This document shows positions 16,101 to 31,100 of a stretch of 64,000 nucleotides of DNA, in pieces (position 1 is the stretch's first letter; the number at the start of each line of letters is the position of its first letter). The notes under the pieces were generated by a model, which worked only from the letters and a program-made list of their open reading frames with translations, was not told where the DNA came from and made no database searches. The DNA is from Auanema rhodensis. Lineage: Eukaryota; Animalia; Nematoda. The translations under genes were made by a program, and so were the position numbers. The DNA lies in contig OZ059895.1 in the NCBI GenBank assembly GCA_964057225.1, positions 12,710,001 through 12,774,000 on the forward strand, read 5' to 3'.

Positions 16101-19100
16101 TTCGCTTACGACCATACCACGTTGAAAGTACGCCATCCCGTCCGATCTGGCAAGTCAAGCAACGTTGGGCCCGGTTAGTACTTGGATCGGAGACGGCTTG
16201 GGAATCCCGGGTGCCGTAAGCTTTTCAAATTTTTTTAACGATCATACCACGTTGAAAGTACGCCATGCAGCTGATTTTCAATTTTATCTCTTCAGTAACA
16301 AATGTTTTTAATTTTCCAGCAGTTTTACTTAGATAGCTCAACCCAAGGCATCAAAATATCTTCAATCTTATTTCTATATTACAGTTATAAACCAGTAGTT
16401 TATGAACCTTCATCTTAACTTTACTGTTTCTATCTATTTCCTATTGAAACAAACATTGTTTTAACACTATACAACTGTGAAACCTTTTTTAATTTATTGT
16501 ATTTGGAGCTCATAAGATTTGATATCATCGAGGAATTTAGATGTAACGTAGAAAATTACATAACTAACATGAAATTGAAAAAAAACAATAACGAGGATAA
16601 GTATGTAAATCATTGAATATCAGATTTTTTCGCTTACGACCATACCACGTTGAAAGTACGCCATGCAGCTGATTTTCAATTTTATCTCTTCCGTAACAAA
16701 TGTTTTTAATTTTCCAGCAGTTTTACTTAGATAGCTCAACCCAAGGCATCAAAATATCTTCAATCTTATTTCTATATTACAGTTATAAACCAGTAGTTTA
16801 TGAACCTTCATCTTAACTTTACTGTTTCTATCTATTTCCTATTGGAACAAACATTGTTTTAACACTATACAACTGTGAAACCTTTTTTAATTTATTGTAT
16901 TTGGAGCTCATAAGATTTGATATCATCGAGGAATTTAGATGTAACGTAGAAAATTACATAACTAACATGAAATTGGAAAAAAAAACAATAACGAGGATAA
17001 GTATGTAAATCATTGAATATCAGGTATTTTCGCTTACGACCATACCACGTTGAAAGTACGCCATCCCGTCCGATCTGGCAAGTCAAGCAACGTTGGGCCC
17101 GGTTAGTACTTGGATCGGAGACGGCTTGGGAATCCCGGGTGCCGTAAGCTTTTCAAATTTTTTTAACGATCATACCACGTTGAAAGTACGCCATGCAGCT
17201 GATTTTCAATTTTATCTCTTCAGTAACAAATGTTTTTAATTTTCCAGCAGTTTTACTTAGATAGCTCAACCCAAGGCATCAAAATATCTTCAATCTTATT
17301 TCTATATTACAGTTATAAACCAGTAGTTTATGAACCTTCATCTTAACTTTACTGTTTCTATCTATTTCCTATTGAAACAAACATTGTTTTAACACTATAC
17401 AACTGTGAAACCTTTTTTAATTTATTGTATTTGGAGCTCATAAGATTTGATATCATCGAGGAATTTAGATGTAACGTAGAAAATTACATAACTAACATGA
17501 AATTGAAAAAAAACAATAACGAGGATAAGTATGTAAATCATTGAATATCAGATTTTTTCGCTTACGACCATACCACGTTGAAAGTACGCCATGCAGCTGA
17601 TTTTCAATTTTATCTCTTCCGTAACAAATGTTTTTAATTTTCCAGCAGTTTTACTTAGATAGCTCAACCCAAGGCATCAAAATATCTTCAATCTTATTTC
17701 TATATTACAGTTATAAACCAGTAGTTTATGAACCTTCATCTTAACTTTACTGTTTCTATCTATTTCCTATTGGAACAAACATTGTTTTAACACTATACAA
17801 CTGTGAAACCTTTTTTAATTTATTGTATTTGGAGCTCATAAGATTTGATATCATCGAGGAATTTAGATGTAACGTAGAAAATTACATAACTAACATGAAA
17901 TTGGAAAAAAAACAATAACGAGGATAAGTATGTAAATCATTGAATATCAGGTATTTTCGCTTACGACCATACCACGTTGAAAGTACGCCATCCCGTCCGA
18001 TCTGGCAAGTCAAGCAACGTTGGGCCCGGTTAGTACTTGGATCGGAGACGGCTTGGGAATCCCGGGTGCCGTAAGCTTTTCAAATTTTTTTAACGATCAT
18101 ACCACGTTGAAAGTACGCCATGCAGCTGATTTTCAATTTTATCTCTTCAGTAACAAATGTTTTTAATTTTCCAGCAGTTTTACTTAGATAGCTCAACCCA
18201 AGGCATCAAAATATCTTCAATCTTATTTCTATATTACAGTTATAAACCAGTAGTTTATGAACCTTCATCTTAACTTTACTGTTTCTATCTATTTCCTATT
18301 GAAACAAACATTGTTTTAACACTATACAACTGTGAAACCTTTTTTAATTTATTGTATTTGGAGCTCATAAGATTTGATATCATCGAGGAATTTAGATGTA
18401 ACGTAGAAAATTACATAACTAACATGAAATTGGAAAAAAAACAATAACGAGGATAAGTATGTAAATCATTGAATATCAGGTATTTTCGCTTACGACCATA
18501 CCACGTTGAAAGTACGCCATCCCGTCCGATCTGGCAAGTCAAGCAACGTTGGGCCCGGTTAGTACTTGGATCGGAGACGGCTTGGGAATCCCGGGTGCCG
18601 TAAGCTTTTCAAATTTTTTTAACGATCATACCACGTTGAAAGTACGCCATGCAGCTGATTTTCAATTTTATCTCTTCAGTAACAAATGTTTTTAATTTTC
18701 CAGCAGTTTTACTTAGATAGCTCAACCCAAGGCATCAAAATATCTTCAATCTTATTTCTATATTACAGTTATAAACCAGTAGTTTATGAACCTTCATCTT
18801 AACTTTACTGTTTCTATCTATTTCCTATTGAAACAAACATTGTTTTAACACTATACAACTGTGAAACCTTTTTTAATTTATTGTATTTGGAGCTCATAAG
18901 ATTTGATATCATCGAGGAATTTAGATGTAACGTAGAAAATTACATAACTAACATGAAATTGGAAAAAAAACAATAACGAGGATAAGTATGTAAATCATTG
19001 AATATCAGGTATTTTCGCTTACGACCATACCACGTTGAAAGTACGCCATCCCGTCCGATCTGGCAAGTCAAGCAACGTTGGGCCCGGTTAGTACTTGGAT

Positions 19101-22100
19101 CGGAGACGGCTTGGGAATCCCGGGTGCCGTAAGCTTTTCAAATTTTTTTAACGATCATACCACGTTGAAAGTACGCCATGCAGCTGATTTTCAATTTTAT
19201 CTCTTCAGTAACAAATGTTTTTAATTTTCCAGCAGTTTTACTTAGATAGCTCAACCCAAGGCATCAAAATATCTTCAATCTTATTTCTATATTACAGTTA
19301 TAAACCAGTAGTTTATGAACCTTCATCTTAACTTTACTGTTTCTATCTATTTCCTATTGAAACAAACATTGTTTTAACACTATACAACTGTGAAACCTTT
19401 TTTAATTTATTGTATTTGGAGCTCATAAGATTTGATATCATCGAGGAATTTAGATGTAACGTAGAAAATTACATAACTAACATGAAATTGGAAAAAAAAC
19501 AATAACGAGGATAAGTATGTAAATCATTGAATATCAGATTTTTTCGCTTACGACCATACCACGTTGAAAGTACGCCATCCCGTCCGATCTGGCAAGTCAA
19601 GCAACGTTGGGCCCGGTTAGTACTTGGATCGGAGACGGCTTGGGAATCCCGGGTGCCGTAAGCTTTTCAAATTTTTTTAACGATCATACCACGTTGAAAG
19701 TACGCCATGCAGCTGATTTTCAATTTTATCTCTTCAGTAACAAATGTTTTTAATTTTCCAGCAGTTTTACTTAGATAGCTCAACCCAAGGCATCAAAATA
19801 TCTTCAATCTTATTTCTATATTACAGTTATAAACCAGTAGTTTATGAACCTTCATCTTAACTTTACTGTTTCTATCTATTTCCTATTGAAACAAACATTG
19901 TTTTAACACTATACAACTGTGAAACCTTTTTTAATTTATTGTATTTGGAGCTCATAAGATTTGATATCATCGAGGAATTTAGATGTAACGTAGAAAATTA
20001 CATAACTAACATGAAATTGGAAAAAAAACAATAACGAGGATAAGTATGTAAATCATTGAATATCAGGTATTTTCGCTTACGACCATACCACGTTGAAAGT
20101 ACGCCATCCCGTCCGATCTGGCAAGTCAAGCAACGTTGGGCCCGGTTAGTACTTGGATCGGAGACGGCTTGGGAATCCCGGGTGCCGTAAGCTTTTCAAA
20201 TTTTTTTAACGATCATACCACGTTGAAAGTACGCCATGCAGCTGATTTTCAATTTTATCTCTTCAGTAACAAATGTTTTTAATTTTCCAGCAGTTTTACT
20301 TAGATAGCTCAACCCAAGGCATCAAAATATCTTCAATCTTATTTCTATGTTACAGTTATAAACCAGTAGTTTATGAACCTTCATCTTAACTTTACTGTTT
20401 CTATCTATTTCCTATTGAAACAAACATTGTTTTAACACTATACAACTGTGAAACCTTTTTTAATTTATTGTATTTGGAGCTCATAAGATTTGATATCATC
20501 GAGGAATTTAGATGTAACGTAGAAAATTACATAACTAACATGAAATTGGAAAAAAAACAATAACGAGGATAAGTATGTAAATCATTGAATATCAGGTATT
20601 TTCGCTTACGACCATACCACGTTGAAAGTACGCCATCCCGTCCGATCTGGCAAGTCAAGCAACGTTGGGCCCGGTTAGTACTTGGATCGGAGACGGCTTG
20701 GGAATCCCGGGTGCCGTAAGCTTTTCAATTTTTTTTAACGATCATACCACGTTGAAAGTACGCAATGCAGCTGATTTTCAATTTTATCTCTTCCGTAACA
20801 AATGTTTTTAATTTTCCAGCAGTTTTACTTAGATAGCTCAACCCAAGGCATCAAAATATCTTCAATCTTATTTCTATATTACAGTTATAAACCAGTAGTT
20901 TATGAACCTTCATCTTAACTTTACTGTTTCTATCTATTTCCTATTGAAACAAACATTGTTTAAACACTATACAACTGTGAAACCTTTTTTAATTTATTGT
21001 ATTTGGAGCTCATAAGATTTGATATCATCGAGGAATTTAGATGTAACGTAGAAAATTACATAACTAACATGAAATTGAAAAAAAACAATAACGAGGATAA
21101 GTATGTAAATCATTGAATATCAGATTTTTTCGCTTACGACCATACCACGTTGAAAGTACGCCATGCAGCTGATTTTCAATTTTATCTCTTCAGTAACAAA
21201 TGTTTTTAATTTTCCAGCAGTTTTACTTAGATAGCTCAACCCAAGGCATCAAAATATCTTCAATCTTATTTCTATATTACAGTTATAAACCAGTAGTTTA
21301 TGAACCTTCATCTTAACTTTACTGTTTCTATCTATTTCCTATTGAAACAAACATTGTTTTAACACTATACAACTGTGAAACCTTTTTTAATTTATTGTAT
21401 TTGGAGCTCATAAGATTTGATATCATCGAGGAATTTAGATGTAACGTAGAAAATTACATAACTAACATGAAATTGGAAAAAAAACAATAACGAGGATAAG
21501 TATGTAAATCATTGAATATCAGATTTTTTCGCTTACGACCATACCACGTTGAAAGTACGCCATCCCGTCCGATCTGGCAAGTCAAGCAACGTTGGGCCCG
21601 GTTAGTACTTGGATCGGAGACGGCTTGGGAATCCCGGGTGCCGTAAGCTTTTCAAATTTTTTTAACGATCATACCACGTTGAAAGTACGCCATGCAGCTG
21701 ATTTTCAATTTTATCTCTTCAGTAACAAATGTTTTTAATTTTCCAGCAGTTTTACTTAGATAGCTCAACCCAAGGCATCAAAATATCTTCAATCTTATTT
21801 CTATATTACAGTTATAAACCAGTAGTTTATGAACCTTCATCTTAACTTTACTGTTTCTATCTATTTCCTATTGAAACAAACATTGTTTTAACACTATACA
21901 ACTGTGAAACCTTTTTTAATTTATTGTATTTGGAGCTCATAAGATTTGATATCATCGAGGAATTTAGATGTAACGTAGAAAATTACATAACTAACATGAA
22001 ATTGGAAAAAAAACAATAACGAGGATAAGTATGTAAATCATTGAATATCAGATTTTTTCGCTTACGACCATACCACGTTGAAAGTACGCCATCCCGTCCG

Positions 22101-25100
22101 ATCTGGCAAGTCAAGCAACGTTGGGCCCGGTTAGTACTTGGATCGGAGACGGCTTGGGAATCCCGGGTGCCGTAAGCTTTTCAAATTTTTTTAACGATCA
22201 TACCACGTTGAAAGTACGCCATGCAGCTGATTTTCAATTTTATCTCTTCAGTAACAAATGTTTTTAATTTTCCAGCAGTTTTACTTAGATAGCTCAACCC
22301 AAGGCATCAAAATATCTTCAATCTTATTTCTATATTACAGTTATAAACCAGTAGTTTATGAACCTTCATCTTAACTTTACTGTTTCTATCTATTTCCTAT
22401 TGAAACAAACATTGTTTTAACACTATACAACTGTGAAACCTTTTTTAATTTATTGTATTTGGAGCTCATAAGATTTGATATCATCGAGGAATTTAGATGT
22501 AACGTAGAAAATTACATAACTAACATGAAATTGGAAAAAAAACAATAACGAGGATAAGTATGTAAATCATTGAATATCAGGTATTTTCGCTTACGACCAT
22601 ACCACGTTGAAAGTACGCCATCCCGTCCGATCTGGCAAGTCAAGCAACGTTGGGCCCGGTTAGTACTTGGATCGGAGACGGCTTGGGAATCCCGGGTGCC
22701 GTAAGCTTTTCAAATTTTTTTAACGATCATACCACGTTGAAAGTACGCCATGCAGCTGATTTTCAATTTTATCTCTTCAGTAACAAATGTTTTTAATTTT
22801 CCAGCAGTTTTACTTAGATAGCTCAACCCAAGGCATCAAAATATCTTCAATCTTATTTCTATGTTACAGTTATAAACCAGTAGTTTATGAACCTTCATCT
22901 TAACTTTACTGTTTCTATCTATTTCCTATTGAAACAAACATTGTTTTAACACTATACAACTGTGAAACCTTTTTTAATTTATTGTATTTGGAGCTCATAA
23001 GATTTGATATCATCGAGGAATTTAGATGTAACGTAGAAAATTACATAACTAACATGAAATTGGAAAAAAAACAATAACGAGGATAAGTATGTAAATCATT
23101 GAATATCAGGTATTTTCGCTTACGACCATACCACGTTGAAAGTACGCCATCCCGTCCGATCTGGCAAGTCAAGCAACGTTGGGCCCGGTTAGTACTTGGA
23201 TCGGAGACGGCTTGGGAATCCCGGGTGCCGTAAGCTTTTCAATTTTTTTTAACGATCATACCACGTTGAAAGTACGCAATGCAGCTGATTTTCAATTTTA
23301 TCTCTTCCGTAACAAATGTTTTTAATTTTCCAGCAGTTTTACTTAGATAGCTCAACCCAAGGCATCAAAATATCTTCAATCTTATTTCTATATTACAGTT
23401 ATAAACCAGTAGTTTATGAACCTTCATCTTAACTTTACTGTTTCTATCTATTTCCTATTGAAACAAACATTGTTTAAACACTATACAACTGTGAAACCTT
23501 TTTTAATTTATTGTATTTGGAGCTCATAAGATTTGATATCATCGAGGAATTTAGATGTAACGTAGAAAATTACATAACTAACATGAAATTGAAAAAAAAC
23601 AATAACGAGGATAAGTATGTAAATCATTGAATATCAGATTTTTTCGCTTACGACCATACCACGTTGAAAGTACGCCATGCAGCTGATTTTCAATTTTATC
23701 TCTTCAGTAACAAATGTTTTTAATTTTCCAGCAGTTGTACTTAGATAGCTCAACCCAAGGCATCACAATATCTTCAATCTTATTTCTATATTACAGTTAT
23801 AAACCAGTAGTTTATGAACCTTCATCTTAACTTTACTGTTTCTATCTATTTCCTATTGAAACAAACATTGTTTTAACACTATACAACTGTGAAACCTTTT
23901 TTAATTTATTGTATTTGGAGCTCATAAGATTTGATATCATCGAGGAATTTAGATGTAACGTAGAAAATTACATAACTAACATGAAATTGGAAAAAAAACA
24001 ATAACGAGGATAAGTATGTAAATCATTGAATATCAGATTTTTTCGCTTACGACCATACCACGTTGAAAGTACGCCATCCCGTCCGATCTGGCAAGTCAAG
24101 CAACGTTGGGCCCGGTTAGTACTTGGATCGGAGACGGCTTGGGAATCCCGGGTGCCGTAAGCTTTTCAAATTTTTTTAACGATCATACCACGTTGAAAGT
24201 ACGCCATGCAGCTGATTTTCAATTTTATCTCTTCAGTAACAAATGTTTTTAATTTTCCAGCAGTTTTACTTAGATAGCTCAACCCAAGGCATCAAAATAT
24301 CTTCAATCTTATTTCTATATTACAGTTATAAACCAGTAGTTTATGAACCTTCATCTTAACTTTACTGTTTCTATCTATTTCCTATTGAAACAAACATTGT
24401 TTTAACACTATACAACTGTGAAACCTTTTTTAATTTATTGTATTTGGAGCTCATAAGATTTGATATCATCGAGGAATTTAGATGTAACGTAGAAAATTAC
24501 ATAACTAACATGAAATTGGAAAAAAAACAATAACGAGGATAAGTATGTAAATCATTGAATATCAGGTATTTTCGCTTACGACCATACCACGTTGAAAGTA
24601 CGCCATCCCGTCCGATCTGGCAAGTCAAGCAACGTTGGGCCCGGTTAGTACTTGGATCGGAGACGGCTTGGGAATCCCGGGTGCCGTAAGCTTTTCAAAT
24701 TTTTTTAACGATCATACCACGTTGAAAGTACGCCATGCAGCTGATTTTCAATTTTATCTCTTCAGTAACAAATGTTTTTAATTTTCCAGCAGTTTTACTT
24801 AGATAGCTCAACCCAAGGCATCAAAATATCTTCAATCTTATTTCTATATTACAGTTATAAACCAGTAGTTTATGAACCTTCATCTTAACTTTACTGTTTC
24901 TATCTATTTCCTATTGAAACAAACATTGTTTTAACACTATACAACTGTGAAACCTTTTTTAATTTATTGTATTTGGAGCTCATAAGATTTGATATCATCG
25001 AGGAATTTAGATGTAACGTAGAAAATTACATAACTAACATGAAATTGGAAAAAAAACAATAACGAGGATAAGTATGTAAATCATTGAATATCAGGTATTT

Positions 25101-28100
25101 TCGCTTACGACCATACCACGTTGAAAGTACGCCATCCCGTCCGATCTGGCAAGTCAAGCAACGTTGGGCCCGGTTAGTACTTGGATCGGAGACGGCTTGG
25201 GAATCCCGGGTGCCGTAAGCTTTTCAATTTTTTTTAACGATCATACCACGTTGAAAGTACGCAATGCAGCTGATTTTCAATTTTATCTCTTCCGTAACAA
25301 ATGTTTTTAATTTTCCAGCAGTTTTACTTAGATAGCTCAACCCAAGGCATCAAAATATCTTCAATCTTATTTCTATATTACAGTTATAAACCAGTAGTTT
25401 ATGAACCTTCATCTTAACTTTACTGTTTCTATCTATTTCCTATTGAAACAAACATTGTTTAAACACTATACAACTGTGAAACCTTTTTTAATTTATTGTA
25501 TTTGGAGCTCATAAGATTTGATATCATCGAGGAATTTAGATGTAACGTAGAAAATTACATAACTAACATGAAATTGAAAAAAAACAATAACGAGGATAAG
25601 TATGTAAATCATTGAATATCAGATTTTTTCGCTTACGACCATACCACGTTGAAAGTACGCCATGCAGCTGATTTTCAATTTTATCTCTTCAGTAACAAAT
25701 GTTTTTAATTTTCCAGCAGTTGTACTTAGATAGCTCAACCCAAGGCATCACAATATCTTCAATCTTATTTCTATATTACAGTTATAAACCAGTAGTTTAT
25801 GAACCTTCATCTTAACTTTACTGTTTCTATCTATTTCCTATTGAAACAAACATTGTTTTAACACTATACAACTGTGAAACCTTTTTTAATTTATTGTATT
25901 TGGAGCTCATAAGATTTGATATCATCGAGGAATTTAGATGTAACGTAGAAAATTACATAACTAACATGAAATTGGAAAAAAAACAATAACGAGGATAAGT
26001 ATGTAAATCATTGAATATCAGATTTTTTCGCTTACGACCATACCACGTTGAAAGTACGCCATCCCGTCCGATCTGGCAAGTCAAGCAACGTTGGGCCCGG
26101 TTAGTACTTGGATCGGAGACGGCTTGGGAATCCCGGGTGCCGTAAGCTTTTCAAATTTTTTTAACGATCATACCACGTTGAAAGTACGCCATGCAGCTGA
26201 TTTTCAATTTTATCTCTTCAGTAACAAATGTTTTTAATTTTCCAGCAGTTTTACTTAGATAGCTCAACCCAAGGCATCAAAATATCTTCAATCTTATTTC
26301 TATATTACAGTTATAAACCAGTAGTTTATGAACCTTCATCTTAACTTTACTGTTTCTATCTATTTCCTATTGAAACAAACATTGTTTTAACACTATACAA
26401 CTGTGAAACCTTTTTTAATTTATTGTATTTGGAGCTCATAAGATTTGATATCATCGAGGAATTTAGATGTAACGTAGAAAATTACATAACTAACATGAAA
26501 TTGGAAAAAAAACAATAACGAGGATAAGTATGTAAATCATTGAATATCAGGTATTTTCGCTTACGACCATACCACGTTGAAAGTACGCCATCCCGTCCGA
26601 TCTGGCAAGTCAAGCAACGTTGGGCCCGGTTAGTACTTGGATCGGAGACGGCTTGGGAATCCCGGGTGCCGTAAGCTTTTCAAATTTTTTTAACGATCAT
26701 ACCACGTTGAAAGTACGCCATGCAGCTGATTTTCAATTTTATCTCTTCAGTAACAAATGTTTTTAATTTTCCAGCAGTTTTACTTAGATAGCTCAACCCA
26801 AGGCATCAAAATATCTTCAATCTTATTTCTATATTACAGTTATAAACCAGTAGTTTATGAACCTTCATCTTAACTTTACTGTTTCTATCTATTTCCTATT
26901 GAAACAAACATTGTTTTAACACTATACAACTGTGAAACCTTTTTTAATTTATTGTATTTGGAGCTCATAAGATTTGATATCATCGAGGAATTTAGATGTA
27001 ACGTAGAAAATTACATAACTAACATGAAATTGGAAAAAAAACAATAACGAGGATAAGTATGTAAATCATTGAATATCAGGTATTTTCGCTTACGACCATA
27101 CCACGTTGAAAGTACGCCATCCCGTCCGATCTGGCAAGTCAAGCAACGTTGGGCCCGGTTAGTACTTGGATCGGAGACGGCTTGGGAATCCCGGGTGCCG
27201 TAAGCTTTTCAAATTTTTTTAACGATCATACCACGTTGAAAGTACGCCATGCAGCTGATTTTCAATTTTATCTCTTCAGTAACAAATGTTTTTAATTTTC
27301 CAGCAGTTTTACTTAGATAGCTCAACCCAAGGCATCAAAATATCTTCAATCTTATTTCTATATTACAGTTATAAACCAGTAGTTTATGAACCTTCATCTT
27401 AACTTTACTGTTTCTATCTATTTCCTATTGAAACAAACATTGTTTTAACACTATACAACTGTGAAACCTTTTTTAATTTATTGTATTTGGAGCTCATAAG
27501 ATTTGATATCATCGAGGAATTTAGATGTAACGTAGAAAATTACATAACTAACATGAAATTGGAAAAAAAACAATAACGAGGATAAGTATGTAAATCATTG
27601 AATATCAGATTTTTTCGCTTACGACCATACCACGTTGAAAGTACGCCATCCCGTCCGATCTGGCAAGTCAAGCAACGTTGGGCCCGGTTAGTACTTGGAT
27701 CGGAGACGGCTTGGGAATCCCGGGTGCCGTAAGCTTTTCAAATTTTTTTAACGATCATACCACGTTGAAAGTACGCCATGCAGCTGATTTTCAATTTTAT
27801 CTCTTCAGTAACAAATGTTTTTAATTTTCCAGCAGTTTTACTTAGATAGCTCAACCCAAGGCATCAAAATATCTTCAATCTTATTTCTATATTACAGTTA
27901 TAAACCAGTAGTTTATGAACCTTCATCTTAACTTTACTGTTTCTATCTATTTCCTATTGAAACAAACATTGTTTTAACACTATACAACTGTGAAACCTTT
28001 TTTAATTTATTGTATTTGGAGCTCATAAGATTTGATATCATCGAGGAATTTAGATGTAACGTAGAAAATTACATAACTAACATGAAATTGGAAAAAAAAC

Positions 28101-31100
28101 AATAACGAGGATAAGTATGTAAATCATTGAATATCAGATTTTTTCGCTTACGACCATACCACGTTGAAAGTACGCCATCCCGTCCGATCTGGCAAGTCAA
28201 GCAACGTTGGGCCCGGTTAGTACTTGGATCGGAGACGGCTTGGGAATCCCGGGTGCCGTAAGCTTTTCAAATTTTTTTAACGATCATACCACGTTGAAAG
28301 TACGCCATGCAGCTGATTTTCAATTTTATCTCTTCAGTAACAAATGTTTTTAATTTTCCAGCAGTTTTACTTAGATAGCTCAACCCAAGGCATCAAAATA
28401 TCTTCAATCTTATTTCTATATTACAGTTATAAACCAGTAGTTTATGAACCTTCATCTTAACTTTACTGTTTCTATCTATTTCCTATTGAAACAAACATTG
28501 TTTTAACACTATACAACTGTGAAACCTTTTTTAATTTATTGTATTTGGAGCTCATAAGATTTGATATCATCGAGGAATTTAGATGTAACGTAGAAAATTA
28601 CATAACTAACATGAAATTGGAAAAAAAACAATAACGAGGATAAGTATGTAAATCATTGAATATCAGGTATTTTCGCTTACGACCATACCACGTTGAAAGT
28701 ACGCCATCCCGTCCGATCTGGCAAGTCAAGCAACGTTGGGCCCGGTTAGTACTTGGATCGGAGACGGCTTGGGAATCCCGGGTGCCGTAAGCTTTTCAAA
28801 TTTTTTTAACGATCATACCACGTTGAAAGTACGCCATGCAGCTGATTTTCAATTTTATCTCTTCAGTAACAAATGTTTTTAATTTTCCAGCAGTTTTACT
28901 TAGATAGCTCAACCCAAGGCATCAAAATATCTTCAATCTTATTTCTATGTTACAGTTATAAACCAGTAGTTTATGAACCTTCATCTTAACTTTACTGTTT
29001 CTATCTATTTCCTATTGAAACAAACATTGTTTTAACACTATACAACTGTGAAACCTTTTTTAATTTATTGTATTTGGAGCTCATAAGATTTGATATCATC
29101 GAGGAATTTAGATGTAACGTAGAAAATTACATAACTAACATGAAATTGGAAAAAAAACAATAACGAGGATAAGTATGTAAATCATTGAATATCAGGTATT
29201 TTCGCTTACGACCATACCACGTTGAAAGTACGCCATCCCGTCCGATCTGGCAAGTCAAGCAACGTTGGGCCCGGTTAGTACTTGGATCGGAGACGGCTTG
29301 GGAATCCCGGGTGCCGTAAGCTTTTCAATTTTTTTTAACGATCATACCACGTTGAAAGTACGCAATGCAGCTGATTTTCAATTTTATCTCTTCCGTAACA
29401 AATGTTTTTAATTTTCCAGCAGTTTTACTTAGATAGCTCAACCCAAGGCATCAAAATATCTTCAATCTTATTTCTATATTACAGTTATAAACCAGTAGTT
29501 TATGAACCTTCATCTTAACTTTACTGTTTCTATCTATTTCCTATTGAAACAAACATTGTTTAAACACTATACAACTGTGAAACCTTTTTTAATTTATTGT
29601 ATTTGGAGCTCATAAGATTTGATATCATCGAGGAATTTAGATGTAACGTAGAAAATTACATAACTAACATGAAATTGAAAAAAAACAATAACGAGGATAA
29701 GTATGTAAATCATTGAATATCAGATTTTTTCGCTTACGACCATACCACGTTGAAAGTACGCCATGCAGCTGATTTTCAATTTTATCTCTTCAGTAACAAA
29801 TGTTTTTAATTTTCCAGCAGTTGTACTTAGATAGCTCAACCCAAGGCATCACAATATCTTCAATCTTATTTCTATATTACAGTTATAAACCAGTAGTTTA
29901 TGAACCTTCATCTTAACTTTACTGTTTCTATCTATTTCCTATTGAAACAAACATTGTTTTAACACTATACAACTGTGAAACCTTTTTTAATTTATTGTAT
30001 TTGGAGCTCATAAGATTTGATATCATCGAGGAATTTAGATGTAACGTAGAAAATTACATAACTAACATGAAATTGGAAAAAAAACAATAACGAGGATAAG
30101 TATGTAAATCATTGAATATCAGATTTTTTCGCTTACGACCATACCACGTTGAAAGTACGCCATCCCGTCCGATCTGGCAAGTCAAGCAACGTTGGGCCCG
30201 GTTAGTACTTGGATCGGAGACGGCTTGGGAATCCCGGGTGCCGTAAGCTTTTCAAATTTTTTTAACGATCATACCACGTTGAAAGTACGCCATGCAGCTG
30301 ATTTTCAATTTTATCTCTTCAGTAACAAATGTTTTTAATTTTCCAGCAGTTTTACTTAGATAGCTCAACCCAAGGCATCAAAATATCTTCAATCTTATTT
30401 CTATATTACAGTTATAAACCAGTAGTTTATGAACCTTCATCTTAACTTTACTGTTTCTATCTATTTCCTATTGAAACAAACATTGTTTTAACACTATACA
30501 ACTGTGAAACCTTTTTTAATTTATTGTATTTGGAGCTCATAAGATTTGATATCATCGAGGAATTTAGATGTAACGTAGAAAATTACATAACTAACATGAA
30601 ATTGGAAAAAAAACAATAACGAGGATAAGTATGTAAATCATTGAATATCAGGTATTTTCGCTTACGACCATACCACGTTGAAAGTACGCCATCCCGTCCG
30701 ATCTGGCAAGTCAAGCAACGTTGGGCCCGGTTAGTACTTGGATCGGAGACGGCTTGGGAATCCCGGGTGCCGTAAGCTTTTCAAATTTTTTTAACGATCA
30801 TACCACGTTGAAAGTACGCCATGCAGCTGATTTTCAATTTTATCTCTTCAGTAACAAATGTTTTTAATTTTCCAGCAGTTTTACTTAGATAGCTCAACCC
30901 AAGGCATCAAAATATCTTCAATCTTATTTCTATATTACAGTTATAAACCAGTAGTTTATGAACCTTCATCTTAACTTTACTGTTTCTATCTATTTCCTAT
31001 TGAAACAAACATTGTTTTAACACTATACAACTGTGAAACCTTTTTTAATTTATTGTATTTGGAGCTCATAAGATTTGATATCATCGAGGAATTTAGATGT